In this document: positions 1 to 8,557 of the stretch, in pieces
Position numbering within the stretch: position 1 is the first letter of the stretch
Layout: each line of letters begins with the position of its first letter
NCBI GenBank assembly: GCA_021808405.1
Contig: JAKBBQ010000002.1
Coordinates: 1-42,208, forward strand
DNA: 42,208 nucleotides
DNA from: Pseudomonadota bacterium
GTDB taxonomy: Bacteria > Pseudomonadota > Gammaproteobacteria > Burkholderiales > Burkholderiaceae_C
Reading direction: 5' to 3'
Notes under the pieces: model-generated
Seen by the model: only the letters and a program-made list of their open reading frames with translations
Told to the model about the DNA's origin: nothing
Database searches by the model: none
Position numbers and translations under genes: made by a program

Positions 1-114
1 GGCGCGCAATCGCCCGCTGCCGAAATAGTCGCCGAGCCCGGTGGGCTGCGTCAGACGGCCAGCCGGCGCTGCGCCGGCGTCGCCCGACCACTGGCTGAGG
101 TCGATGAGTTGCAT
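1..114 (-). CDS. Probable 5' end of a gene running off the left edge (MQLIDLSQWSGDAG...), product unknown
   Basis: ATG at 114 on the minus strand, open to position 1, mostly GC3-type codons (CTC ATC GAC CTC AGC CAG); divergent from the ATP-grasp gene. Too short to identify. Confidence 0.35.
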   Translation of the reverse strand, partial: MQLIDLSQWSGDAGAAPAGRLTQPTGLGDYFGSGRLRA

Positions 115-376
115 GGTGCCTGTCGGGCGGGCCAGGTTCCCGCGCCGCCTTGTGATGGGTTGTTGGAGCTTCGCGTCGCGCCGCAGGCGCTTCCAGACCA
201 TTGTGGAGACCCCCCGGTTCGCCCGGCCATGCGCGCGATCAACTTGCCGCACTGGCGGCGCGAGGGCTGCGCTGGCTCAAGGCGCGCTGCGCTCCGCTGC
301 GGCACAGTGGCCATGCCCCGGCGGGCCCCTGCCGCGTCGGGACTGCCCCCAGACCACGACGACCGGAGATCCCAGC

Positions 377-1894
377 ATGACGTCGAGCACGCGGCACCGG
401 CGCGCCCCCAGCGCCCTCCTCGATGCAGCGCAGACCTTGGCAGGCGACGGCACCAGGCTGCACGACATCGCCGACATCCGCGACTACTTCCATCGCCAGC
501 AGCGCCCGGTGTTTTTCATCGGGCCGACCAACTTCAACCTGCTGGGGATCGAGCGCTGGTGCAACAACTTCCACCACGTCAACCTGATCGACTGCTACGA
601 CGGGCGCGACCCCACGGTGTTCGTTGCGCCCGGCGCGCACGAAGGCGACTTCGACAGCATCGAGGCGATCAACAACCACCTGCTGCGCCAGCCGCGGGTC
701 GCCGAGTACCTGCACTCCTTCGGGCCCGAGCCGGTGGCGGTGTTCCTCATGTTCGACCGGACGACCGAGGCGCTGGCGCGCGAACTCGGGCTGGAAATCT
801 GGTTCCCGCCCGCCGAGCTGCGCCAGCGACTGGACGACAAGATCGAGACCGTGCGGATCGGCGACGCCGCGGGCGTGCCTTCGGCTCCCAACGTGCTGTC
901 GGCGGTCCATTCCTACGACCAGCTGCGCGCGGTGGCGGTCGGGCTCGGCCCCGACCTGGTGCTGCAAAGCGCCTACGGCGACAGCGGCCACACCACGTTC
1001 TTCATTTCCGAGGAGGGCGACTTCCGCCGCCATGCCGAACAGATCGTCGGCCAGGGCGAAATGAAGATCATGCGGCGGCTGAACTGCCGCAGCGGGGCCA
1101 TCGAGGCTTGCGTGACCCGCGACGGGACCGTCGTCGGTCCGCTGGTGACCGAACTCGTGGGATTTGCCGAGGCCACGCCCTACCGCGGCGGCTGGTGCGG
1201 CAACGAGATGTTCGCCGACAGCTTCACCCCGCGGGCACGACGCCAGGCCCATTCGATGACCGAGCGCATCGGGCGCAAGCTGCACGCGCTGGGGTACCGC
1301 GGCTATTTCGAGCTGGACTTCCTCATCGACGCCGACGACGGCAAGGTCTACCTGGGAGAACTCAACCCGCGCATCACCGGGATCAGCGCGCTGACCAACA
1401 TGGCGGCCTTCGCCTACGCCGACGTTCCCTTGTTCCTGCTGCACATGCTCGAGTTCAGCGGGGTCGAATACAGCCTCGACGTCGCCGCGCTGAACCGGCG
1501 CTGGAGCCGCGCCGAGGCCATCGACAGCTGGTCGCAGCTGGTGATCAAATCCACGTCGCCGCAGTTGCGCAGGATCGAGAAGGCCCCGCCCAGCGGGCTG
1601 TGGCGGGCAGCCGACGACGGCAAGGGGCTGGAACTGCAGCGCCTGAGCACCACCCCGGATGGAGTGCACCAGCCTCAGCAGGGGTTTTTCCTGCGCATCG
1701 CCGGAGCCGGCGACTGGGCCTACCAGGGCGCCGACCTGGGCATCGTGCTGGCCCGCGGGCGCTGGCTCGACGAGTCCTACCGGCTGGGCGCCCGCGCCAG
1801 GCAATGGATCGACGGCATCGTCGGGGAATATGGCCTGGCCGCGCCGCAGCCCGCCGGGGCTGCCTGCACCGCGCCGCGGCTGAAGGCCGGCTGA
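377..1894 (+). CDS. ATP-grasp fold carboxylate-amine ligase (family often auto-annotated 'biotin carboxylase'; PGM1-like)
   Basis: Start moved to ATG 377 (GGAG at 365-368). ATP-grasp motifs DDKIET, YGDSGHTT loop, GYRGYFELDFLID and YLGELNPRITG (ExNxR). Confidence 0.8.
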   Translation: MTSSTRHRRAPSALLDAAQTLAGDGTRLHDIADIRDYFHRQQRPVFFIGPTNFNLLGIERWCNNFHHVNLIDCYDGRDPTVFVAPGAHEGDFDSIEAINNHLLRQPRVAEYLHSFGPEPVAVFLMFDRTTEALARELGLEIWFPPAELRQRLDDKIETVRIGDAAGVPSAPNVLSAVHSYDQLRAVAVGLGPDLVLQSAYGDSGHTTFFISEEGDFRRHAEQIVGQGEMKIMRRLNCRSGAIEACVTRDGTVVGPLVTELVGFAEATPYRGGWCGNEMFADSFTPRARRQAHSMTERIGRKLHALGYRGYFELDFLIDADDGKVYLGELNPRITGISALTNMAAFAYADVPLFLLHMLEFSGVEYSLDVAALNRRWSRAEAIDSWSQLVIKSTSPQLRRIEKAPPSGLWRAADDGKGLELQRLSTTPDGVHQPQQGFFLRIAGAGDWAYQGADLGIVLARGRWLDESYRLGARARQWIDGIVGEYGLAAPQPAGAACTAPRLKAG

Positions 1895-1933
1895 TGCCTT
1901 CGAGCAGCCTGCGAACGCGATGGTGGAAAACCC

Positions 1934-1975
1934 TTGATCCTGGTCAAGCCATGGGCCGTCCCCGGCGCCTACGCT
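1934..1975 (+). promoter_or_regulatory. FNR/CRP-family box plus -10 element (class II activated promoter)
   Basis: TTGAT-CCTG-GTCAA at 1934-1947 (9/10 match to TTGAT-N4-ATCAA) and TACGCT at 1970-1975; box centre is at -41.5 relative to a predicted +1 at G1982. Confidence 0.65.
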
Positions 1976-1981
1976 GTGTCT

Positions 1982-2031
1982 GCATCTCCTCAAATGGTGT
2001 ATTCGCCCGGCAACCGCCGGGCTTTTTCTTT
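1982..2031 (+). ncRNA. Candidate ~50-nt small RNA with anti-Shine-Dalgarno (CUCCUC) loop
   Basis: Lies between the predicted promoter and an intrinsic terminator; 5' hairpin GCAUC/GGUGU with loop UCCUCAAAU; no ORF. Confidence 0.55.
2005..2031 (+). terminator. Rho-independent terminator
   Basis: GCCCGGC-AACC-GCCGGGC perfect 7-bp stem followed by TTTTTCTTT. Confidence 0.85.
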
Positions 2032-2114
2032 GCCGGGCACCCTCGCGATGAGGCCGCCAGGCAGGGGACACTAGACTCGGGGCCGACAGTCCTACGGACG
2101 CCCGGGGAAACACC

Positions 2115-3848
2115 ATGCTTCGTTCCAGACTCCTGCGGTCGGCGCGAACCGCGCTGCCGGGGTGTGCGCTCGCGCTGGCGTGCGCAGCGGCGGCGGCCGC
2201 ACCGCGGCCGCAGGCGAACGAGCCGTGGCGCGACGCGCGCCCGGTGCTCGCGCGGCATGCGATGGTGGTCAGCGCCCAGCACCTGGCCAGCGCGGCCGGC
2301 CTGCGGATGCTGCGTCGCGGCGGCAACGCCATCGATGCCGCGGTGGCCATCGGCTACGCGCTGGCGGTGGTCGACCCCTGCTGCGGCAACCTCGGTGGCG
2401 GCGGGTTCATGACCATCCACATGGCGGACGGGCGCAACCTGTTCCTGGACTTCCGGGAAACCGCGCCGCGGCGCGCCAGCCCGGGCATGTTCCTCGACGC
2501 CCGGGGTCGGGTGGTGCCGGGGCGCAGCCTGCGCAGCTGGCTGGCGGTGGGGGTTCCCGGCACGGTCAAGGGGCTGGACGCCGCGCTCGCCCGCCTGGGC
2601 AGCTTGCCGCGCGCCGAGGTGATGCAACCTGCGATCACCCTGGCGCGCCGGGGCTTCGCGCTGCAACCGGGGGACGTGGCGATCCTGCGCGACAGCGCCG
2701 GCCTGCTCGCCTCCCACCAGCCGGCGGCGTCGATCTTCCTCGACCACGGGCGGGTTCCACGACCCGGATGGGTGCTGCGCCAGCCGCAACTGGCGCGCAC
2801 CCTGCAGCGCATCGCCGCCGAAGGCGACCGGGGCTTCTACGCGGGCCCGGTGGCGCGCGCGCTGGCGCGCGCCAGCCGGCGCGGCGGCGGGCTGCTCGAC
2901 CTGGCCGACTTGCGCGACTACCGCGTGCAGTGGGGGCGCCCGCTGCAGTGCGGGTATCGCGGCTACACGGTGCTGACGCCGCCGCCGCCCGGCTCGGGGG
3001 TCGTGGTGTGCGAGGCGCTGCGGGTGCTGCAGGCCTACCCGCTGGCGCGCTGGGGCTGGGGCAGCGTTCGCGCGACCCACGTCATCGCCGAGGCCGAGCG
3101 CCACGCCTTCGCCGACCGCAACACCCTGCTCGGCGATCCCGCCTTCGTCGCCGACCCGCTGCACCGCCTGCTGTCGCCCTCGCATATCGAGGCCATCCGC
3201 GCGGCGATCCTGCCCGATCGCGCGACGCCGTCGTCGCAGGTCCACGGCGGCGTCGTGGTGCGCGAGGGCAGGCACACCACCCACTACTCGGTGCTCGACG
3301 CCGCGGGCAACGCGGTGGACGTGACCTACACCATCAACACCCTGTTCGGAACCGGGTTGATGGCCGGCGACACCGGCTTCCTGCTCAACAACGAAATGGA
3401 CGACTTCACCAGCAAGCCGGGCGTGCCCAACCTGTACGGCCTGGTGCAGGGCAGCGCCAACGCCATCGCGCCGGGCAAGCGCCCGTTGTCGTCGATGTGT
3501 CCGAGCATCGTGCTCCGGCACGGCAAGCCGTTCATGCTCACCGGCAGTCCCGGAGGGTCGACCATCATCTCGACCACCCTCGAAACCATGCTCGACGTGA
3601 TGGATTTCGGGATGAACGCTCAGCAGGCGGCCGACGCGCCGCGCATGCACATGCAATGGGAGCCCGACCGCATCGACGTCGAACCCGGCTACCTCGACCC
3701 CGCCACCGCCTCTGCGCTGCGGCGCATGGGCTACACCCTGCGCCAGCGCGCGCCGTGGGGCGCCGCCGAGGTCATCGTCGTCGGGGCACGGGGAATCGAG
3801 GGCGCCAACGACAGGCGCCGGCCGGCGGGTGCTGCGATGGGGTACTGA
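2115..3848 (+). CDS. ggt: Gamma-glutamyltransferase (periplasmic)
   Basis: Signal peptide; GGNAIDAAVA, GNLGGGGF, DFRETAP, autoprocessing site H-TTHYSV, TYTIN, LNNEMDDF, PLSSM, GSPGG. Confidence 0.95.
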   Translation: MLRSRLLRSARTALPGCALALACAAAAAAPRPQANEPWRDARPVLARHAMVVSAQHLASAAGLRMLRRGGNAIDAAVAIGYALAVVDPCCGNLGGGGFMTIHMADGRNLFLDFRETAPRRASPGMFLDARGRVVPGRSLRSWLAVGVPGTVKGLDAALARLGSLPRAEVMQPAITLARRGFALQPGDVAILRDSAGLLASHQPAASIFLDHGRVPRPGWVLRQPQLARTLQRIAAEGDRGFYAGPVARALARASRRGGGLLDLADLRDYRVQWGRPLQCGYRGYTVLTPPPPGSGVVVCEALRVLQAYPLARWGWGSVRATHVIAEAERHAFADRNTLLGDPAFVADPLHRLLSPSHIEAIRAAILPDRATPSSQVHGGVVVREGRHTTHYSVLDAAGNAVDVTYTINTLFGTGLMAGDTGFLLNNEMDDFTSKPGVPNLYGLVQGSANAIAPGKRPLSSMCPSIVLRHGKPFMLTGSPGGSTIISTTLETMLDVMDFGMNAQQAADAPRMHMQWEPDRIDVEPGYLDPATASALRRMGYTLRQRAPWGAAEVIVVGARGIEGANDRRRPAGAAMGY

Positions 3849-3920
3849 AAGCGCCGGACCGCCCCAGGTTTCTCGCCCCCCTCGGGGGGCGAGCCGGGCA
3901 CAGCCCGGCCCCGGGGGCCC

Positions 3921-4457
3921 TCACAGCGCGGCCACCAGCCCCAGCGCGGCGCCGGCGGCGATCAGCGCCAGCGGGTGGACCTTCCAGCGCAGCACCGCCA
4001 GCACGGTCAGCGCGGTCAGCGCGGCGGTGGACCAGTTGGTGTCGGCGGCCTGGATGAGGGAGATCGCGGTGGCCAGCATCATGCCCACCGCGACATGCGA
4101 CAACGACGCCCGCAACAGCACCATCGCATCGTGCCAGCGGCCGCTCAGTCGCACCTTGAGCGCCACCACGGTGAGCAGCGCAGGCGGAACGACCAGCGCG
4201 ACGGTCGCGGCCAGCGCGCCGAGCACCCCGGCGGCCTGCAGGCCGACCAGGGTCGCATACAGGAAGTTCGGCCCCGGCGAGGCCTGGGCGATGGTGAAGC
4301 CGGCGACGAAACCCTGCGGGGTCACCCAGTGGTGGTCGACCACCGCGTAGCGGTAGATCTGGGGCGTCAGCGCGACCACCCCGCCCCCGACCGCCATCAT
4401 CGAGATGGCGCAGAAGTGCTTGAAGATCGCGTAGGCGATCAGCAACTGGCGGCTCAT
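3921..4457 (-). CDS. Short-chain chromate transporter (CHR family), second subunit
   Basis: MSRQLL... start overlaps upstream stop (ATGA); AVGGG and AQASPGPN CHR motifs; hydrophobic. Confidence 0.85.
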   Translation of the reverse strand: MSRQLLIAYAIFKHFCAISMMAVGGGVVALTPQIYRYAVVDHHWVTPQGFVAGFTIAQASPGPNFLYATLVGLQAAGVLGALAATVALVVPPALLTVVALKVRLSGRWHDAMVLLRASLSHVAVGMMLATAISLIQAADTNWSTAALTALTVLAVLRWKVHPLALIAAGAALGLVAAL

Positions 4458-5038
4458 CGCGCGGCCCCTCCGGGCTGGCCCCGCAGCATCACCATGCCCA
4501 CCGGCGCCAACCCGCCCAGCACCGCCCACAGCGGCAGGTGCAGCACGGCGATTCCCAGCAGCGCCAGTGCGGCCAGCAGCGCGCTGCGCCAGCGCCGCGG
4601 CAGGCTGGCGGCCATGCGCAGCGCCATCACCACGATCAGCCCGGTGGCGGCGGCCGACATGCCGGCGAGCATCGACTCGAGCACCGGCGAACGCCCTCGG
4701 CTGGCATAGCCCAGGCCGAGCAGGATCACCAGCACCGTCGGGCCGAGCATGATCCCGGCCAGCGCGCTGGCGCCGCCGGCGACGCGGGCGTGGCGGTAGC
4801 CGATCATCACCGCCATGTTGCAGATCGACGGCCCCGGCAACACCTGGCCGAGCGCCACCAGTTCGTTGAATTCCCGCACCCCGAGGACCTTGCGCTGCTC
4901 GACCAGCACGCGGTACATCCAGGGCAGCACGCCCCCGAAGCCCAGCAAGGTGATGCGGCTGAACAACCAGAACAGCTGGCCGCAGCCCAGCAGGGGCTGC
5001 GCGCCGGCCGTGGCCACGGCGGGTTCGGCAAGGGACAT
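4454..5038 (-). CDS. Short-chain chromate transporter (CHR family), first subunit
   Basis: LLGFGG and GQVLPGP motifs; multiple TM segments; start estimated at ATG 5038. Confidence 0.85.
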   Translation of the reverse strand: MSLAEPAVATAGAQPLLGCGQLFWLFSRITLLGFGGVLPWMYRVLVEQRKVLGVREFNELVALGQVLPGPSICNMAVMIGYRHARVAGGASALAGIMLGPTVLVILLGLGYASRGRSPVLESMLAGMSAAATGLIVVMALRMAASLPRRWRSALLAALALLGIAVLHLPLWAVLGGLAPVGMVMLRGQPGGAAR

Positions 5039-5327
5039 GATGGGGAAAGGCAGGGTCGAGGCGCCGGCGCCACGGCCAGTCGCGCGCAGTGGATGGATGG
5101 ACAAAGTGGGCAGGTCCAGCGGGCCCTTCCGCATTGGAACACTTTGTCGCACGGGCCGTCTCGCGGGGTCGCGCCGATCCCATCATGTGGGCCGGAAGTC
5201 GCAATTCCTGTGCTGCCGTCCGTGTGCGCTGCAACAATCGGGCAAGCCCGCGGGCCATCGCCGGGCCGTCGCGTCGCGGCTGCTCCGGCGGCCGGCGGCC
5301 CCTGCAAGCCACGAGGAAAAACCGGAC

Positions 5328-6482
5328 ATGCAATTGCCCCTGCAAGGAATCCAGGTCATCGAATTCTGCAATGTCGCCGCCGGGCCGTATTGCGGCATGC
5401 TGCTGGCCGACATGGGCGCCGAGGTCATCAAGATCGAGAACCCGCAGGGAGGCGACACGCTCAGGGCGTGGCCTCCGCAGAGCGGGGGCTACAGCGAGAA
5501 CTTCGCGTCGCTGAACCGCAACAAGCGCTCGGTGACCCTGGACCTGAAGCTGCCCGCCGACCTCGAGCACGCGCGGCGGCTGATCGGCGGCGCCGACGCG
5601 CTGATCGAGAACAATCGCCCAGGGGTCATGGAGCGCCTGGGGCTGGGCTACGCGGCGGTGCACGACCTGGCTCCACGGCTGGTGTACTGCTCGATCTCGG
5701 CCTACGGCCAGAGCGGACCTCGATCGCGCGAGGGAGGCTTCGACCTGACCCTGCAGGCCATGAGTGGCATCATGAGCGTCACCGGCGAACCCGACGGCCC
5801 GCCGGTCAAGTGCGGGGTTCCGCTGGCCGACTTCTCGGCCGGGCTGTACGCGGCATTCTCCACGGTGTGCGCGCTGCGCGAGGCCGCGGCCCGCGGCCAG
5901 GGTTGCCATCTCGACGTGTCGATGCTCGGCGCGACGCTGGGAATCGCCGCGCTGCAGACCTCGGAGTACTTCGGCACCGGGCGCGACCCGGTCAAGCTCG
6001 GCTCGGCGCATCCGCGCAACGCCCCCTACCAGGCCTTCCGCGCCGGCGACACCTATTTCGGCATGGCAGCGGGCAACGACGCGTTGTGGCAGTCGGTCTG
6101 CAAGGTGGTCGGTCGCGAGGATCTGCTGGCCGACGAGCGCTACGCCACGCCGACGCTGCGCGCGCGCCACCAGGCGGAACTGCGCGACACCCTGGAAGGG
6201 GTGTTCGGCACCCGCCCTGCCGCGCATTGGATCGAGCGCTTCCGCGAGGCCGGCGTGCCGTGCGCGCCGATCAACACCTACTCGCAGGTGCTCGCCGATC
6301 CCCAGGTCGAGCACATGCAGTGGGTGCAGCCTCTGCAACTGCCCAACGGGGTGCGCACCCGCACCTTCGTCTCGCCGGTGCGCCTGGACGGCCGGACCCT
6401 GCCGGTGCGACTGCCGCCGCCGGCGCTGGGCGAACACAACGCCCAGGTGCTGCAGCGCGCGCCGCGCGAGGCCAGCGCATGA
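5328..6482 (+). CDS. CaiB/BaiF (family III) CoA-transferase
   Basis: PLQGIQVIEF, AAGPY, LADMGAEVIKIE, NRNKRS, ENNRPG, GFD catalytic Asp, GSAHP; GAGG upstream of ATG 5328. Confidence 0.93.
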   Translation: MQLPLQGIQVIEFCNVAAGPYCGMLLADMGAEVIKIENPQGGDTLRAWPPQSGGYSENFASLNRNKRSVTLDLKLPADLEHARRLIGGADALIENNRPGVMERLGLGYAAVHDLAPRLVYCSISAYGQSGPRSREGGFDLTLQAMSGIMSVTGEPDGPPVKCGVPLADFSAGLYAAFSTVCALREAAARGQGCHLDVSMLGATLGIAALQTSEYFGTGRDPVKLGSAHPRNAPYQAFRAGDTYFGMAAGNDALWQSVCKVVGREDLLADERYATPTLRARHQAELRDTLEGVFGTRPAAHWIERFREAGVPCAPINTYSQVLADPQVEHMQWVQPLQLPNGVRTRTFVSPVRLDGRTLPVRLPPPALGEHNAQVLQRAPREASA

Positions 6483-7258
6483 GCCGGTCCGCAAGCACCC
6501 CGCCGCTGCGCGTGGACAGGTCCGCCAGCCACTGGACGCTGACCCTCGATCGCCCGCACGCCCTCAACGCCCTCGACGCCGAACTCGTCGAGGCGCTGCT
6601 GCAGGCCTTCGAGCAGGCGATCGACGCGCAGGTGCCGGTGGTCGTGCTGCAGGGCAGCGGGCGCTGCTTCAGCGCCGGCTTCGACCTCGGCGGGCTGCAG
6701 GCCTGCAGCGACGGCGACCTGCTGCTGCGCTTCGTGCGCATCGAGACCCTGCTGCAGACCATCGCCAGCGCGCCCTGCCTGAGCGTGGCCTTCGCCCATG
6801 GGCGCAATTTCGGGGCCGGGGTCGACCTCGTCGCCGCCTGCGACCTGCGCGTGGCGGCGCCCGACGCGAGCTTTCGCATGCCCGGGCTGCAGTTCGGCCT
6901 GGTGCTGGGCAGCGCGCGCTTCGCGCGCATCGTCGGCACCCGCCAGGCGCAGCGCCTGCTGGAGACCAGCGCCACCTTCGACGCCGGGCAGGCGCTGGCC
7001 GACGGCTTCGTCGAACGCCTGGCGGCGCCGCAGCAGTGGCCCGAGGTGCTGCGCCAGGCCGTGGCTCGCTCCAACGCGCTGCCCCAGCCCAGCCGCCGGC
7101 TGCTGCGCCAGGCCTTGCAAGGCGGGAACGGCGACTCCGAACTCGCCGCGCTGGTGCGCTCGGCGGCCGCGCCCGGGCTGCGGCAGCGCATGCAGGAGTA
7201 CCTTCGCACCACGGCCGCGGCGGCGCGCCCTAAGATGCCGGACCGCGACAGCGCATAG
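6479..7258 (+). CDS. Enoyl-CoA hydratase/isomerase (crotonase) family protein
   Basis: TLDRPHALNAL, FSAGFDL, GAGVDLVAACDLRVA; ATGA coupling to the CoA-transferase. Confidence 0.9.
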   Translation: MSRSASTPPLRVDRSASHWTLTLDRPHALNALDAELVEALLQAFEQAIDAQVPVVVLQGSGRCFSAGFDLGGLQACSDGDLLLRFVRIETLLQTIASAPCLSVAFAHGRNFGAGVDLVAACDLRVAAPDASFRMPGLQFGLVLGSARFARIVGTRQAQRLLETSATFDAGQALADGFVERLAAPQQWPEVLRQAVARSNALPQPSRRLLRQALQGGNGDSELAALVRSAAAPGLRQRMQEYLRTTAAAARPKMPDRDSA

Positions 7259-7306
7259 CGGGCCGCCGCTGCCACCCGACCGGCGGCGGCAACCGGCCCA
7301 GGCACC

Positions 7307-8104
7307 ATGGACAAGACCCTGCTCAAAGGCCTGCGGGTGCTCGAGGCGATCGCCGACGAGCCCGAGGGCGTACGGACCATCGACCGGCTTGCCGCGCTGG
7401 TCGGGCTCAGCCGCAGCAATGCCCACCGCACCGCGCAGACCCTGGTCCATGCCGGCTACCTCGAGCGCGACGCCGACGGCTGCCTGCGCGCGACGACCAG
7501 GTTGTTCGAACTCGGCGCGCGCGCGCTGCGCAAGCTCGACCTGCGCGCCGTCGCGCTGCCGTTCATGCAACGCCTGTCCGCGGCCACCCACGAGACCGTG
7601 CATCTGTCGGTGCTCGACGGCCTCGAGGTGGTCTACATCGACAAGATCGACAGCGCGCTGCCCATCCGCGCCTACACCTCGCTGGGCGGCCGCGCCCCGG
7701 CCTACGCGGTGGCCACCGGCAAGGCGCTGCTCGGCGCGCAGCCCGACGGCTACCTGGAACCCTACGCCGGGCGCCTGCTGCGGCACACGCCGTCGACCCT
7801 GGTCGACCTGGCGAGCCTGCGGCGGGAATTCGCCAGGCTGCGCCAACAGGGCTACGCGGTCAACCGCGGCGAGTGGCGCGAAGGGGTGGGCGGCGTCGCC
7901 GCCGCGGTGTTCGACGGTTCCGGGCACGCGGTGGCCGCGCTGGGGATCTCGGGACCGCTGGATCGCCTCGGCGCGGCACGCATGAGGGAGTACGGGCCGC
8001 TGGTGGTGCGAGTGGCCTTCCATCTGTCCAACGCGATGGGCTCGACGCGGGGGTATGCTCCGGCGCCCGGCGCGGGACCGCGCCGCGGCGGCCCGCCGGG
8101 CTGA
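7307..8104 (+). CDS. IclR family transcriptional regulator
   Basis: N-terminal HTH (KGLRVLE...GLSRSNAHR), ETVHL, ATGKALL, GYAVNRGE, AALGISGP. Confidence 0.93.
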   Translation: MDKTLLKGLRVLEAIADEPEGVRTIDRLAALVGLSRSNAHRTAQTLVHAGYLERDADGCLRATTRLFELGARALRKLDLRAVALPFMQRLSAATHETVHLSVLDGLEVVYIDKIDSALPIRAYTSLGGRAPAYAVATGKALLGAQPDGYLEPYAGRLLRHTPSTLVDLASLRREFARLRQQGYAVNRGEWREGVGGVAAAVFDGSGHAVAALGISGPLDRLGAARMREYGPLVVRVAFHLSNAMGSTRGYAPAPGAGPRRGGPPG

Positions 8105-8121
8105 TTCGGCGAGGCCGGGTG

Positions 8122-8391
8122 TCAGCCCGGCTCGGCCGCGCGCGCCGGACCGGCCTGCCGATGGCGGCCGGCGATCCAGCCGTGCACCACCAGCACCACC
8201 CACAGGCAGGCCATGCCGAAGGCCAGGGTCGCCAGCGCCCAGCCCCAGACGACCCGGTTGCCCTGCGAATCGGTCAGCGAGCCCAGCGGCAGGTGGGACA
8301 TGGGCACCAGCATCCACGCCGACACCGCGGTGGCAGCCAGCACGAAGATCCCCACGGCCTTGGCAAACGGACTCTGTCGCATGGGCGCCAT
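8122..8391 (-). CDS. Small membrane protein (2 TM), hypothetical
   Basis: Two clear hydrophobic helices (AVGIFVLAATAVSAWMLV; VVWGWALATLAFGMACLWVVLVV); start at 8391 or 8382. Confidence 0.6.
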   Translation of the reverse strand: MAPMRQSPFAKAVGIFVLAATAVSAWMLVPMSHLPLGSLTDSQGNRVVWGWALATLAFGMACLWVVLVVHGWIAGRHRQAGPARAAEPG

Positions 8392-8557
8392 GGTAACCCG
8401 GGAGCGGGCCGGATTGCGCCGCATCGACGGCTGCGCTGGGTCAAGGACGAGCCGCCGCGGCCGACCTAGAGTCGTCGCATCGGGACGCCACGCTTGGCGG
8501 CGGAATGCGCTGGGCGCCGCTCCCGACCCACCATCGAACCCTTTGCTGGAGAATGTC

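Noticed and set aside
3872-3893. Strong GC hairpin between convergent ggt and CHR genes
   Set aside because: No U tract on either strand and no second copy noticed, so neither a terminator nor a REP family can be supported.
3921-7258. Apparent giant ORFs 3921-6494 (-) and 4538-7258 (+) suggesting fusions
   Set aside because: Only the C-terminal parts are real (CHR subunit, crotonase); true starts are marked by ATGA overlaps at 4457 and 6479.
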